Shown here piece by piece: positions 40,201 to 53,200 of a stretch of 64,000 nucleotides of DNA. Positions within the stretch are counted from its first letter, which is position 1. Each line of letters begins with the position of its first letter. The translations under genes and the position numbers were made by a program. The DNA lies in NCBI GenBank assembly GCA_030704615.1, contig CM060732.1, positions 82,212,001 to 82,276,000 on the forward strand, written 5' to 3'. The notes below the pieces were generated by a model, which ran no database searches, was not told the origin of the DNA, and saw nothing but the letters and a program-made list of their open reading frames with translations. The DNA comes from Takakia lepidozioides (Eukaryota; Plantae; Bryophyta).

Positions 40201-41402
40201 TTCAGAACACCTCTGCATCTGCCTCTCAGGATCAATTCCATTAGAATATAATAGTGCCACTCCCTCTGGCAAATTAGGGGTGCTAATGCCTTTCAATGCG
40301 GCATCACCATGATTAGACTTTTATTGCCACTGTAGTGCATGGTACGGCCCCTCTTAAGAGCTCTAAAGTACTTCAGATTTTATCGGAACATCAACTGCAA
40401 TTCCTTACTGATTGTGAAATTCAAGGCAAGGGGGGGGCATCGAAGAGGGCAGGGTAAATCCAGTAGTACTGTCCAGTAACATGGAGTGAGGTGGAGAGAT
40501 TTTTTGCATCATGACTATGTGAATGAGCTTTGTCGGTGGCCTGGTGGATAGGGATGGTGGCATGTATGACAGCAGGCCAGATTGTAAATGAAGAGCCATA
40601 TGAAGTGAATAGTGACATCCATGGAATGCTCGAAGGTCCAAAGCAAGGCCGCATCCATGCTGGAGCTAAGGTAGACTCTTCTGTTGGACTGGATCTGTGC
40701 ACTTGGGAGACCTGGTGAATTCTTGCAGCTAGTTTTGGTTTCCTTTTTGGGTAATCATTTATTGGAAAGACAGTAGTCAATTTGCATGCCACGGTAGCAG
40801 CGTACTGTCCATTTTGAAGGTTCTATGGTGTTGTGGGGATCGAAAACATTTTGGAACTTCATTCTCTGGTCTCTTAAAGCTCCAGCACAGGGCAAAGTAT
40901 CGCACAGCCGGGTCCCAGGCTCGTCATCTGTGGTTATATTGCTTTGGTATAGCCTGAAGGAAATTCCATTCTAGTGTATAAAGGGAAATATTCTCAGCCT
41001 TCCTGACTAGTCATCTCCTGCCTACAGGCGCCCAAGCTCTTCGATGGGCTGAACTTTTATTTCTTTGGGGATTTTGAGGCCGCATACAAGGCTGACCTAC
41101 ATGCTCTGGTTATGGCCGCTGGTGGGGTGCTCCTTCACCGCAAACCCCTGCCATCCAATGGGTCTCCACAGCAACAGCAGTTGCCGGGATCTTCTCAGCA
41201 CCCTGTGACACGGCGAAGGCGGACCATAGTGATCTATAATGTTGAGCTGCCAGCAAGTGGGACCAGTGAAGCGAGGGAAAGAGCGGTAGAAATGCGTCGC
41301 CATGAGGCGAATGCAATCTCCAAGGCTGCTGGGGCTGTAGTTGTTGGTCATACTTGGCTGCTGGATTCGGCAGCTGCTTGCAGAGTGCAACCAACTGAAT
41401 AG
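34257..41402 (+). CDS. BRCA1: BRCA1 (RING, extended PHD, tandem BRCT), multi-exon
   Basis: The RING is spliced across exons: LEMMGRELKCAIC/LSLF...CNHTFC/...CPICKLP...R/EVRPAPHMDNLV. Plant BRCA1-type motifs PFFWMRD, PAFSDLKD and FNWTQRPCSPE are present. PHD: CAFCQS...VHKLCAEWAPNV...C..C...GAALGC...FHYPCA. BRCT: VTHVIAGTD...RTLKYM.AILEGKW and EGPKQGR...LFDGLNFYF...HTWLLDSAAAC. Stop at 41400-41402. Confidence 0.92.
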
Positions 41403-44400
41403 TTGTCAGAAGGGACTGCTGTATGTTTGGGGCGAAAGACTGAAGATTAGAACATAATTGACACATCTAGACGGAGAAATTGCTTGGGAGGAGAGAGTGG
41501 ATGTTAATACTTCAAGGTGGGATTCAGTGCCCCAAGGATGTGCATAGTAGCAAAGACAGCGAGATCTGACGTGCTTCAAGGGAATTCAGCCTGAAACTTC
41601 TGCAAGGAATTGAGATCAATCTGTTATCCTGACCGGTCAGCAAGTTGCATATTGGGCTTTCTATTCCTCATGGAAACCCAGGTGGGAAGGTTGAGACATA
41701 TGTCTACACACACGTAGCATATTCCTGTGCACCGAAAGAGAGAAATAGGCAACCAGTTTGTGAGGACGTATGTATCTCTAATTACTGCTGCTCAGATCCT
41801 TGAGGGCCTGCCTTTCATGGAAACCATATTCGATGCCTATTCTATCTAACAGCTAATGCATCTTAATAATAATTTTCAACTCCACTTCATGTGGCGGGAA
41901 ACACAATGTTACTGATGAAACTGACTGATCTTTTCTTCAAGTTATCGATACAGTGGTCTGCTAAATGACATTGCATTCCAACGCCTGCCGAAAACATAGG
42001 GACATCAATAGCCAGCCTGGAGGACAGTTGATACCCGCACCAGTGCGTCCTTCATCCCTTCGATGGACTTCAAGACGATGGGGCCATTGTGATAATGGCT
42101 GCCTCCTGACAGGTTATGCAATGAAGACACAAGAGCTGATGCATCCAATCCACACTTCCTGCAATGTGTGCACAGTGAAGAGTGTGTGCAAGGATGATAT
42201 GTAACAATGGGAAAGCAATTCCAATTCTAGATGGACGTGTAAGCAATGCTATTGTTGTGGTCTTTTAGTCCCATCTGTTTCACTTTGAATGGGGACTCAG
42301 TTGCAGTCTTGAACAATATTCTCTTTCTACTGTTTTGGTCTTTTCCTCTACCCTACCGTTCCAACCCAACAAGGTTTCCAGCAAGCAGCTTCATGTTTGG
42401 GCTCTTGGAAGTTGGGAAACCTGCACATGGCAGCAGTGAATGGACGAGAGCCCGCTCGAACATGCAGGCAGCCATCGCGGGAGCTCTTCAAGAAACACTA
42501 AAAGACGCTCACAAGTTGGCGCTGCATTCAATGCACTCATGTCTGCTTGTTATGGAAACATAAATTCACTAACAAGTCAAGGAACTTTGGAATAAGTTAG
42601 ATACTCACTTGCCTCTCAACTCGTATCCGATGAGTATGGGCACCTACCACCTCGGACTCGGAAGTGAGTGTGGGTTCAATGTTCAATCGACCCATTGATG
42701 TCACAACGGTGTCCACCATCCTGCAGTGTAAAGAGACACCATAATTTACGCTTTCGTTGGGATGCGTCATAGAAGAAAGAAGAAGACTCCGACCAAAGCC
42801 TACATAAACTAAGAGTCACTAAGAGGCTCTTATCTTATGTTAACTTCGGTTAGCGTCATTTATTGGCTCCTCTTTAGATTCCGGCGTCAGTGTCAAAAAT
42901 TGCTAAGTCCCTGTTGTGCCTTCCCAGGTTGGATCTCCTCTCCTCTTCTCAAAAATAGTTTCATGCACCTCCCTCAGTTACAAATTGTTGAATTTTTAAG
43001 TTTATTATGGACGAAGTAGATTCTACTATTCAGAAAGAGGAGCCAAACGTGGCTAGCCACTTGTTTATTAGTGAGAGGAGAAAACAACAGTCTTGCAATG
43101 TAACCTCGCCTCAAGCACAAACACACCCTACAAGGTGGTGGCACTAAGTAAGTGCTCTATTGCACGGAAATGGAACTCAATGTGATAGAACTGTGTACCC
43201 CAATTCATTTGGCCAGTTTGGGAAGGTCAAGCAACCCGACACCGTGGAAAGAGCCCATCTGTGGGACTGCGGGGGAGGCTTGGAGAGGAAGGAAATGGCT
43301 CGACAGGAACTAAAGGGGAATATAACTTTGGAGCCGAGGGAATAAATCTGAAGGGAACCAGAGCACTCACCTGAGGAATGAATTGGTAAAAATAGACGAA
43401 TGAAATTCTACATATGTGACTACTATAAATGGTTAATTACTAAGTTACCCAAGGTGTTGTTGGTTGTGGTCACAGGTAGGCATTAACTGGGAAGGTACAT
43501 CAAGAGATGCGTGGCCTCTCCCTAACGAGGAGTCAATGAATGTGATTGACTATTGATGTCAAGGCAAGTGCAGGACGTCTGTCAGATGATGAGATTGATT
43601 GGAGTGAAGAGATTGATTCGAGTGTGTTGATGATCGAGAGGACCCAGCGATCCGATCAAAACCCACCAACTTTTTATTCCCAGAATTTTTTTCAGCAACG
43701 GGCTTCGGATTTTTTATCTTTAGAGGGAAGGATGAACGTGCTAAATTCTTGCAGAGAAAGAGAATACATTGCGGCGGGGTGACAGTACTTAGCTTTCATG
43801 GCCGCCTTGGATGGTCTTCACACTCCTGCACCGCTACTCATGCCTGATCTCCCGTTGCTGGTCTCTGGATTCCTCCTCCCGCCTTCCACCCCCCAGGCAA
43901 GCTGTTGTCTCCTTTCTTTCTCTCAGAAGAACTGGGTGGTTTCATCGCTTACCATGTACTTGTCATGGCATTGTCACCAGGTAGGTTATACGATTGAGCT
44001 CTTCTGTGTGTTCCCCTCCACACTCGACATTTTATGATCTATGGTGGTGTAGATTCATGATCCTTCGTTGTGTTCATTTGGGTGCATGAGTACATTGGCA
44101 CAGACGTTTGCGTCATGCAGTCACTGGGTCCGAGATGTGGGTTGTGCCTATAGTTTGTCGCATTCTCCTCTCACTTCTCCATCACGTGTTCTAATGCAGT
44201 AAACAGAACGATAAATCTCTCCCCCTCAACCGTCAAGTAACATGGAACAAACAGCGAGTTTGGGCGAACAAGGGCAGCTTTGCAGCATCAGTATGCCGAA
44301 GCTGAATGAGTGAGATAGCCTGTCTTTGTGGCAAGGCGTGCATTTCTCACTATGTCAAGGAGGCATCGGAAGGGATGGTTGCCATTGCGCGAACTGGGGG

Positions 44401-44867
44401 GGAAATGTTCGCATTGCCCCATTCTTCCAGGCCACAGGTGGATGCGCAGTTGGAGCTCGCGTATCAGAACACCAGGGTGCCTAGTGGGTTGAGCAACAGG
44501 AAGACAACAAAAAAGAGTTGTGGACCGAGCGAAGGGGAAGTACAGAGAAGCTGATGTAGGAAGCTTCGTTTCCAGACCAGTATGATATGTGGACATTTGG
44601 ACGTCTGTGGGTGGTGTTGCCTGCTGGACCCCGGGGCTCCTAAGTACTTGGACTGCATGTTAGCTGTGCTTGTGGCGACCGCCTTGGACGAAGGTTGTGT
44701 ACAGGTGATGCAGTGAAGGCGAGAGGATTAAGAGACTTGGGTAGATAATCCAAAAGCTGGCGGCTGTGGTATCCGTACACCCGCGAGAAAGTTGGAAGGA
44801 AACAAGCAAGTATACTTATCAGCTGACTGGAGTACTTGGGAGGTGCCATCCATTAGTGCAGTGTATA

Positions 44868-47800
44868 ATGGCCCGAAGACAAACATTCTCACTCCTTCGT
44901 TTCTACCTGACAGTTGTGTTAGTTACTTCACTTACACACCCGGTTTGTTCCACAATCACTTATGACTATGTGAATAAGAACTTCACGGCATCCCCAATGC
45001 AATATGTCGACAACAATGGGCTGTTTCTGAAGTCCGTAAACAGCACTTTTGCGCTTGCATTCTCTCGCAGCACGGTCTTCATCAACCTCTTCTACCTCAG
45101 CATAATCCACGTCCAAACTCTGGTGATTGTTTGGTCAGCGAACCGCAACTCCCCCATTGCTGCGACTGACCAAATGGACTTTCGGGGCAGCGATGGAAAT
45201 GTGGTGCTGATTACAGGTGGGGCTGTAGTCTGGGCTACTGATACCAAGACTTTGGGCGGCACCATTTTGCAGCTGCAGGAGTCTGGAAATCTGGTGCTTC
45301 TGACAAGACTTGGCAGAGGGAAAGTGCTGTGGCAGAGCTTTGACCACCCAACAGACACTATCCTGTCTGGCCAGGTAAGGTTGCAGAATATAACCATTCA
45401 CTCTGCACATTTGTGATGTGACCTGCTGCAGCAATGTGTTGGTGGAGACCATGAGTAACATAGCGATAGGTTTCACCAACGGCAGAGACAAACCATGGTA
45501 GAATGCACATTGCCAGCAACATATCTTTCCACTAAATTTGATTGCACTTAAGAGTTGTAATCATGTTGTAACCATCTGGCCAGAACCTTCAGAAGGTGCA
45601 CTTTAAATGCTGCCAATAGAGGAGAAATCCACTATGAGAGACCCATGTTGATCACCTCTTGCAAAATGGCTGATTAATGTGAAGTTTTATGTCAGCACCA
45701 GCCATCATGTGGTTGATGCGCAGCTGAGTATTTGAGAGAGAATATATCTTCCCATTTCACAGTGGAGACAATGTCTATTTCTGTTGTAACCAGGTGCTTC
45801 CATCAGGTGTTAGACTGGTCAGCAGCATCTCAGCCTCCAATACTTCTGAGGGTCTTTACTCATTGGAGATGAGAGCTGGGGAGGGGCTTGTGTTGTCTGC
45901 TGATTTTCCTCCTCAACTGCAGCCATATTGGACAATGGCAGGTGACTTTCGGACTGTGGAAGAGAATGTAGGATTGCCTTCTTATGCTTTGATCAGCAAT
46001 GGGGCATTGGGTCTTTACGCCAAGGGATCCACCTCTCCCCTTTCTGAGATAGCATTAGGCCAGTCTGTGAGTCCTCTGCGGAGGGCAACACTGGGATCCG
46101 ATGGAAACCTCCAGTTCTATTTCTTTTCTGGTGGTCAGTGGAACCAGGAATTTCAAGCAATTCAAAGCAGCTGCTATCTTCCAAGCTTTTGTGGGCCATA
46201 TGGAATTTGCACGAGTGGAGAACAGTGCAATTGTCCGCAATCTTTTGAGCCAGTAAACAGCACAGACGTCGCAGCTGGCTGTATGCCTCCAAGCACCTTG
46301 CCATCATGTCCAACCACTAGATCACCAGGCCTCCAATTTCTCAGCGTAGGTCCTTCAGTCACCTACTTTGCCAACCAGTACTCAACCCCTCTGAAAATGA
46401 AGTTGGCAGCATGCCAGGATCTCTGCTTAAAAAACTGCTCCTGTGCAGCCCTCTTCTACCAGAACGAGACAGGGTCATGCTATCTCTCGGAGACACTTGA
46501 GGGAAGTCTCTTGATTGATGGCACACCTACCCACCTTGCATTTCTGAAGGTTTTCCAGAATAATAGTCTGGTTGGTGCTGCACCGGAGTTTACAGGGGTC
46601 ATGGGCAAGCAAGGAAGTAGGTCGTCACCGCCATCTGTTCTAGGTATTGCCATTGCTGTTGGGGCGGCAGCCCTAATTGCATTGGGTGGTGGTTCTTATT
46701 ACTGGTGCAGAAGGCGAAGGGGTAGCCATGCTTCCCTGGAACTTCTTGAAGAAGACATGTTCCTTGGATCTATACCTGGCTTGCCGACAAGATTTTCCTT
46801 CAAAGAACTCCAGGTGGCAACCAACCAGTTTAGCAAGAAATTGGGGGGTGGGGGTTTTGGATCTGTTTATGAGGGTATGCTGCCTGACAAAAGCAGGATT
46901 GCTGTCAAGCAGCTGGAATCAATTGGTCAGGGACAAAAGGAGTTTCGAGCCGAGGTGGCAACTATTGGGAGCATCCACCATGTGCATCTGGTCCAGTTGC
47001 GGGGCTTTTGTGCTGAGGGTGACCACCGGCTTCTTGTGTATGAGTTGGTGGCCAATGGTTCCCTCGAAAAGGTCCTGTTCAAAAATAAAGAGGATGGGGT
47101 GGTGCTTGACTGGGAGACTCGTCGTAATATTGCACTTGGCACTGCAAGGGGAATCGCATATCTACATGAAGACTGCAGGGAGCGCATCATTCACTGTGAC
47201 ATAAAACCGGAGAACATTCTGCTAGATGAAAACTACTTGCCTAAGGTTGCGGACTTCGGACTGGCAAAGCTTATGAACCGAGATCAGAGCCAGGTATCAA
47301 TCCTACTGCAGTTTCTGGACTTGCCCCTTTAAGATAGTCCTGTGGAGATATTTTCCAGATGATTCTTTCTATGGACAAACACACTTGCTGAAAGGGTCCA
47401 AGTTTTTTGTGTACGCCGCATTCTCACTACTTTAGAAGATCTTCACACACAAATGATACGCTAAATGATACGCTTTTGACCATCATTGGTTTGCTGTGGC
47501 AGTACTACTCATTGCTTTTAGACACGATGTTGGTTGCCTTGTCGTTTTGGATATCTCTTCATATGGTTTGGTCAACGGTGTATTTTTTCACAAGACCCTG
47601 GCATGCTTTGAGGACTCAGAAAGAGAGTTATGTTTAGGCAGGTTGTTTAAGAATTAAGTGGTTTTTTGTAGGTGTTCACTACACTTCGAGGAACGCGTGG
47701 CTATTTGGCACCTGAATGGCTCATGAATTTTGCAATTTCTGAGAAAAGTGATGTCTACAGCTTTGGGATGGTGCTGCTGGAAATTATTAGTGGCAGGAAA

Positions 47801-48659
47801 AATTTTGATCCGATGGAAACATCAGAGAAATGGTATTTTCCTGCGTATGCTTATCAACAGGCGGAGGTCGGCAAGGTTGGCGGGCTCGTGGACCTGAAGC
47901 TTAAAGGCTCTGCCAATGAGGAGCAGGTAAGGCACTCCATTGAAGAATGGTTGTACATATCACCATGCAGTTGGAATCATGGGAAATGCAATTTCACCGA
48001 AAGGAGTTCTTAACACGCTCTTTGAAATTTCAAGCTGATAAGTAGATGTGGATGGGTTGTTTTTATTTTGGAGGTGATCAGTTTGTACAGTTCAGGCGTG
48101 TACAAATACATGAAGCCGTCTTTTGCTTCGTCATTTGCATTGTTTTTTTCATGAGATTAATTGTCAGTCTTTTTTAACAGCCAAAGTGGATATAATGGCA
48201 CATCAAGGACTTCATGTGCTCACAGGCCTGGCTGTTCTACACCTGTATGTTAAGTATTCCTTGGGTATCCTTTCATAGGTCTTTCCTCCACTCTGATTGT
48301 TTCTAGATTACCCTTCTGGTGTAGAGGTGAGTTATCCCAGCTTCTCCTGGGTTTGCTCTGATTATTCCAATATGGATTCAAGGTCCTCTCTAACAAGTTG
48401 GGTTGCTCTGCAGGTGAGCCTTGCACTCCGGGTGGCTTTCTGGTGCATACAAGAGGAGGTAGCAATACGGCCTTCAATGAGCAAGGTGGTGAACATGCTG
48501 GAAGGCAATGTTGAAGTCCCCAACCCACCCTCATCAGCCCAGTTTGTCATGCGATCACACGGAAAGATGATAGATAGTGAAACTTCAGCAGGTCAATCTG
48601 TTATTTCATATAATAGTGGGGACCTTCTGTCAGCCAGCCGCTTATCGGGCCCCAGATGA
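44868..48659 (+). CDS. G-type lectin S-domain receptor-like kinase, SD2-5-like (non-RD), 4 exons
   Basis: Exons 44868-45374, 45794-47293, 47672-47926 and 48414-48659. Signal peptide; bulb lectin (VWSANRN...LQESGNLVL...[10 protein letters not shown]); EGF-like and PAN cysteines; TM helix; kinase [37 protein letters not shown]; C-terminal LSGPR. Confidence 0.93.
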
Positions 48660-50294
48660 TAAGGGTCTGTATGCAAGCCCCCAACCTTAGTACATCTTTG
48701 TTTGGACTTTTCAGAGCTGCATGAGTTTCCTCCACCACAGCTTCCCTTTGGGGACATCAGCCTTGGTGTCGACACACAGGCTTCAAAAGACATCGGGTAG
48801 CTCTTGAAAGAAGAGTATTTGTATGCACCCTTCTCACAGTGCCGGCCATTGGCCAGCATCAAGGCAAGAATTTTTAAGGAGAGCAGGTGGGAAAAGTGTT
48901 GGAACACCTGAATGGTATTTGTCATCTACCTCCAATCGGAAGAGAATTCCCCGGGAGGAAGCATAAATTATAGTGTCTCCTCATCCCAATGGATAACCCC
49001 TTCCACACTGCAAGGAGTAGGTAGAGACAGTCATTGCCGCTTTTCGTCTAAAATTTGCAGCATCCCCCTGTTGACTGCAGTGGTTGGAATGTGCTCGTCA
49101 GGCACCTTGCATCTGATGGCTGAAAGTCTCATCCAAGCAGCAAAATATCTTCAATCAAATTTCTTTGCCTAAATATTGCTGTGTAATATCAGGGAAGGGC
49201 CTGCAGAACTCCGCGTGGAATCTGGAGCAACAACCCTAAACACTTTGGGGACTCGATGTGCCCCCAATGCAGATATGACGTGCATGAGATTAGTGCCGAG
49301 AATAAATGGCCACATGGCTTCAATCTCCATCTCAATCTCAATCTCAATCTCCTACATGTCATCTCCCTAGTTCACAGCGTAGCTCCCCGTGCGGTGGCTT
49401 CACTCACAGTGGAAACAAGCGAGATGACCTGGTCGACCTCAGTCAAATCAATTCAATGTATTATCAGCCAGTGCATCTTCTGTTGTTGTCAATGTAAGAA
49501 TTGTAACTATTCTTGATTCACTCTCTATCCCTTACTAAGTGCCTTCTGTGTGCGGGGAAATGCATTCACCTACTTTCATGAGCTTGAAAACGCTAAGCCA
49601 AACTCCATTGAATCAATTTGAAATTGCATGCGTCTGAACGTGACATGACATTTTCTCTTAGAACAAGTTACTGTGGAGAAAACAGCACACTGAGGACAAG
49701 ACTCTAGTTGAAGGTCGAGCCATCCATGTAGGAAGACAGATGCACTATTTTACTCGAATGATCTGTATCCTGCTGCATTTAATTTTGACAGCTCCCTTAT
49801 CAAATTACACAGCTCAACTTCCACAGTCTTGATTGGGGAGAGTGGCTTTTAGCCCTCATCTGCAGCCCTCTCTGTACATGATGCCATGGGTCCTTGGCCA
49901 TGTATTCACTTTCTTCCCTTCCCATTGGACCTTGAGGTTGTTAGCGGCTTTCGAATTTCCTAGACTTCAGTTTCTTTGGAAATGGAGGATTACACCAAGA
50001 TGCCTCGCCACAATACTTCAAAGTATGACAATCTAGCGTGAACAATCAAAGATAGAAAGGCAAAAAGGCTACAGCTCATTAGGAACCAATCAATTGGCGA
50101 CGTAGGTCACCTGTAAAATATTCAGTCCAATATTGAAAACATCACGCCAATCTCCAAAAACTGCTTTTCAAAACCTACACAGATTGTATGGCTATCTTGG
50201 TAGAGAGCCAATCTGATAGGTCATACCCAATGACTACTGTTGTGTGAGATTAGGCTGTTTGATGAATTGATCGTCAATGAATTCAATGTTGAGG

Positions 50295-53200
50295 TCAAGG
50301 CCGTAAAGTAGAGTCTCCAACAGAGATTGCAGCCTCTTCAGCAGACTGTGAATCAGCCAGTAAAGGAGCTACTAAGGAGGTGCAATCCTCCTCTGCCTTA
50401 GAAACAACACTGCCATCACACTCAAGGTGGCTGTAGGTTGCAGCTTGCAACCTCTGCCTTTGCAGTAAAACCTTTAAGAGATCCACCCAGAATGTACCCA
50501 CAATACTAAACACTATGACTGCAAGCCACTGGTCTGCAGGTAAGGGAACCAGCTTCAGATGTACTCTCACCGAACTCACAGTGGCAATCAACACCCCCAG
50601 GCTGGTGGCAGCAGCCAGCCAAACTAGCATAGCAATGTTTGAAAATACTCCTTTTTGAAACAGAGGTTGTTGACATGTTCTCATGTTAAAGGCCAGCAGT
50701 ACGTGGGAGAGGAGCCAAGCCACAAATGCACTTGTTTGTGCAGTATTTTGACCACAATAAATCCCATAAGCAAAGCTCGCAAAGACACTCAATGACATGC
50801 ACATACAAGATACTATGATACCCCCAATCAGCTCACGGTCAAAAAATGGTTGACTATGGCATCGCGGTCTTCTCTGCATGATGTCTGTGTCCGCCGGTTC
50901 CATGACAAATGAGGAGCTGGCTCCCACGTCCATGAACAGCTCCAACACAATGATCTGGATGGCACTTAGTGGGAAACTGTCCAATCCAACTGAACATTAG
51001 CCTCTCTAGCATCAAAGTGCCGGTGCAAACCAACACTACTGAACACATAGGCAGAGAGTTACTGTTAAGCTCCCTGTTAACATCCCTGGCCTCACCTAGC
51101 AAACCCTAGTAAATATCTTTTATACACTACTTATTTGTCTTAAGAGTACATCCTCTCCCGCTTGGATCTTTTGGGCCGCCAACGGACGCAACAAATTGTC
51201 CTTCTCTACTTTCTTCTGTCTGTCCATTTATCGCACTCAAACACACTGCTGCTTAAGGTGAAATTTTGAATGTTTTTCAAAAGTAAATCCTCCATGAATT
51301 GACTAAAATGTTTTCTTTAAAGATACAGTACACTTCTCTTGGGACACTTGACTGTCTGGAGCAAAGCATGTTAGTCACTTGCCAGATTTTCAGCCACTGT
51401 ATCAAATAAAATTATTCCCTGGAATTGCACATGACCGTATGGTGATCTGCATTGAAGATTCAGAGAAAATAAGAATCGTACCTCTGCCACAAGGTTCCCA
51501 CAATGAAGAGACAGATGAGACCCAGCTTCGCACCAAGGTAGAAGGCAAGTGCCTTGCGCAAGTTGTCAAGCAGTCGCCTGCCCTCAGCCAGTGCATATGG
51601 CACCATCTGGAAATTGTCATCCACAAACACAATTGATGCGGCTTCTCGCGCCACATCTGTTCCCCTCCCCATCGCCACACCAACGTCTGCCTTTGCAAGG
51701 ATGGGTGCATCATTAATACCTGCGTTCAACCAACTATTCTTAGGATCCTACGTATACAGGACGGGAAGTACATCACAAGTGTGCATCTCATGGTATACAA
51801 AATGAAATCTGTGGGCTGTCAATCTCTTGTAGAATCAACAGTATCTGGAAGGGAGGTCTATACTACATCGGATTTAATGTATGTGTTCACCCCAAAATTC
51901 ACATACCATGAGGCACAAGCTTTCGGCAATGTTTGGAGCTTCATGAACTGAAAGAGGGAGTGCCAGTCTGTACTAGATCTTACGTCGGCAGGAGGCCTAG
52001 GGCTACAAGTAGAACAATGAGGTGAGAGAAGACATGGAAATATAAAAATGACATGACAATGCGGAAAGATCAAAGAGCTTATGGGACAAGAGAAAGCAGG
52101 AAACAAGAAAGGGAATGGAGCCCTCAACAAGCAGCCCAAAGACAACAACTATTGATGAAGGGAAAATAAAAAGAAAGAAATTTATTACATCCATGGGAGA
52201 CAACAAGAACAAAACACCCACAGAAATAAATGAGATGCAATGATACTTTATAACATCCGCAGAAAGCTCAAAGAGCTTATGGGACGAGAAAACACAAAAC
52301 AAGGAAGAGAGTGAGGACCCCAACAAGCAGCCCAAAAGCAACCATGCCAAGAGAAAGGTTGTACTCATAAGATGTTGTTTGTCGTAGCCTTGTGGCCATT
52401 GAAAGGAGAAAGGAAGAGAAAGGAAGAGAAATAAAGAAACCAAATACACAGAAAGATCAAAGAGCTTATAGGAAAAAAGCGGATAATTCAAAGACTTTGG
52501 GGCCATCAACAAGCAGCCCAGAAACAACACTCAAAGATAAAAAGAAAGGAAATGAAATGAAATGGTGCTTTATAACGTCCGCGGAAAGCTCGTAGTGCTT
52601 ATGGGACAAAATGGAAGAAAACATGAGAGAGGAACAAATCCAGAAACCACAATTAATGTTCTAGCGATTGTCTAAGGGTGAAGGCCTCGTGTAGGTAGGC
52701 TGCCACGCATTTTTGATCCTCATAGTGAAAGACATCAGTGAGAGTTTGGGTTCCACTGAATAAACAGTGAAATCTCCCACGGATCTCGTAGTATAGAGGG
52801 CAGTAGAAGAAGAAGTGTTCTTCAGTTTCAATTTCCTTGCTGCGCCCTATGCAAGCTGGACATAGGCGGTCCTCCCGTTGCAGGTTTTCCCATCTGCCAG
52901 TCTCTATCCGTAGGTTGTGGGAACCCACCCTGAACCGCCCCAATGCCCTCAAGAGGGAAGGAGATAAGGGTGCTGAAAGGTAATTTGGTCTCAAGATTCT
53001 ATCATCGCGGAGCACCAAGAATGTCTCTCGATAGAAGTGGAGCTTTGTCGTGAGATTGGGTAGCATCCAAGTTCTCTTGACATGTAATTCCATAAGCTCT
53101 CTCCGAATGAGTCTGTTGCGGTCATGTCTGGATGTGATGTCCACCTCATCTGGGTTCATTGGTAATAGGAAAGCAGTAGAAAGTCCGTTACGTTGAAATA

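Noticed and set aside
42240-44760. Short ORFs between BRCA1 and the receptor kinase as a separate gene
   Set aside because: No domain similarity recognised and no coherent exon chain; may be promoter or 5' UTR sequence.
52003-52530. 175-aa hydrophobic ORF as a LINE ORF3 or membrane protein
   Set aside because: Explained by T/C-rich degenerate 3' UTR repeats; non-ATG start and no domain features.
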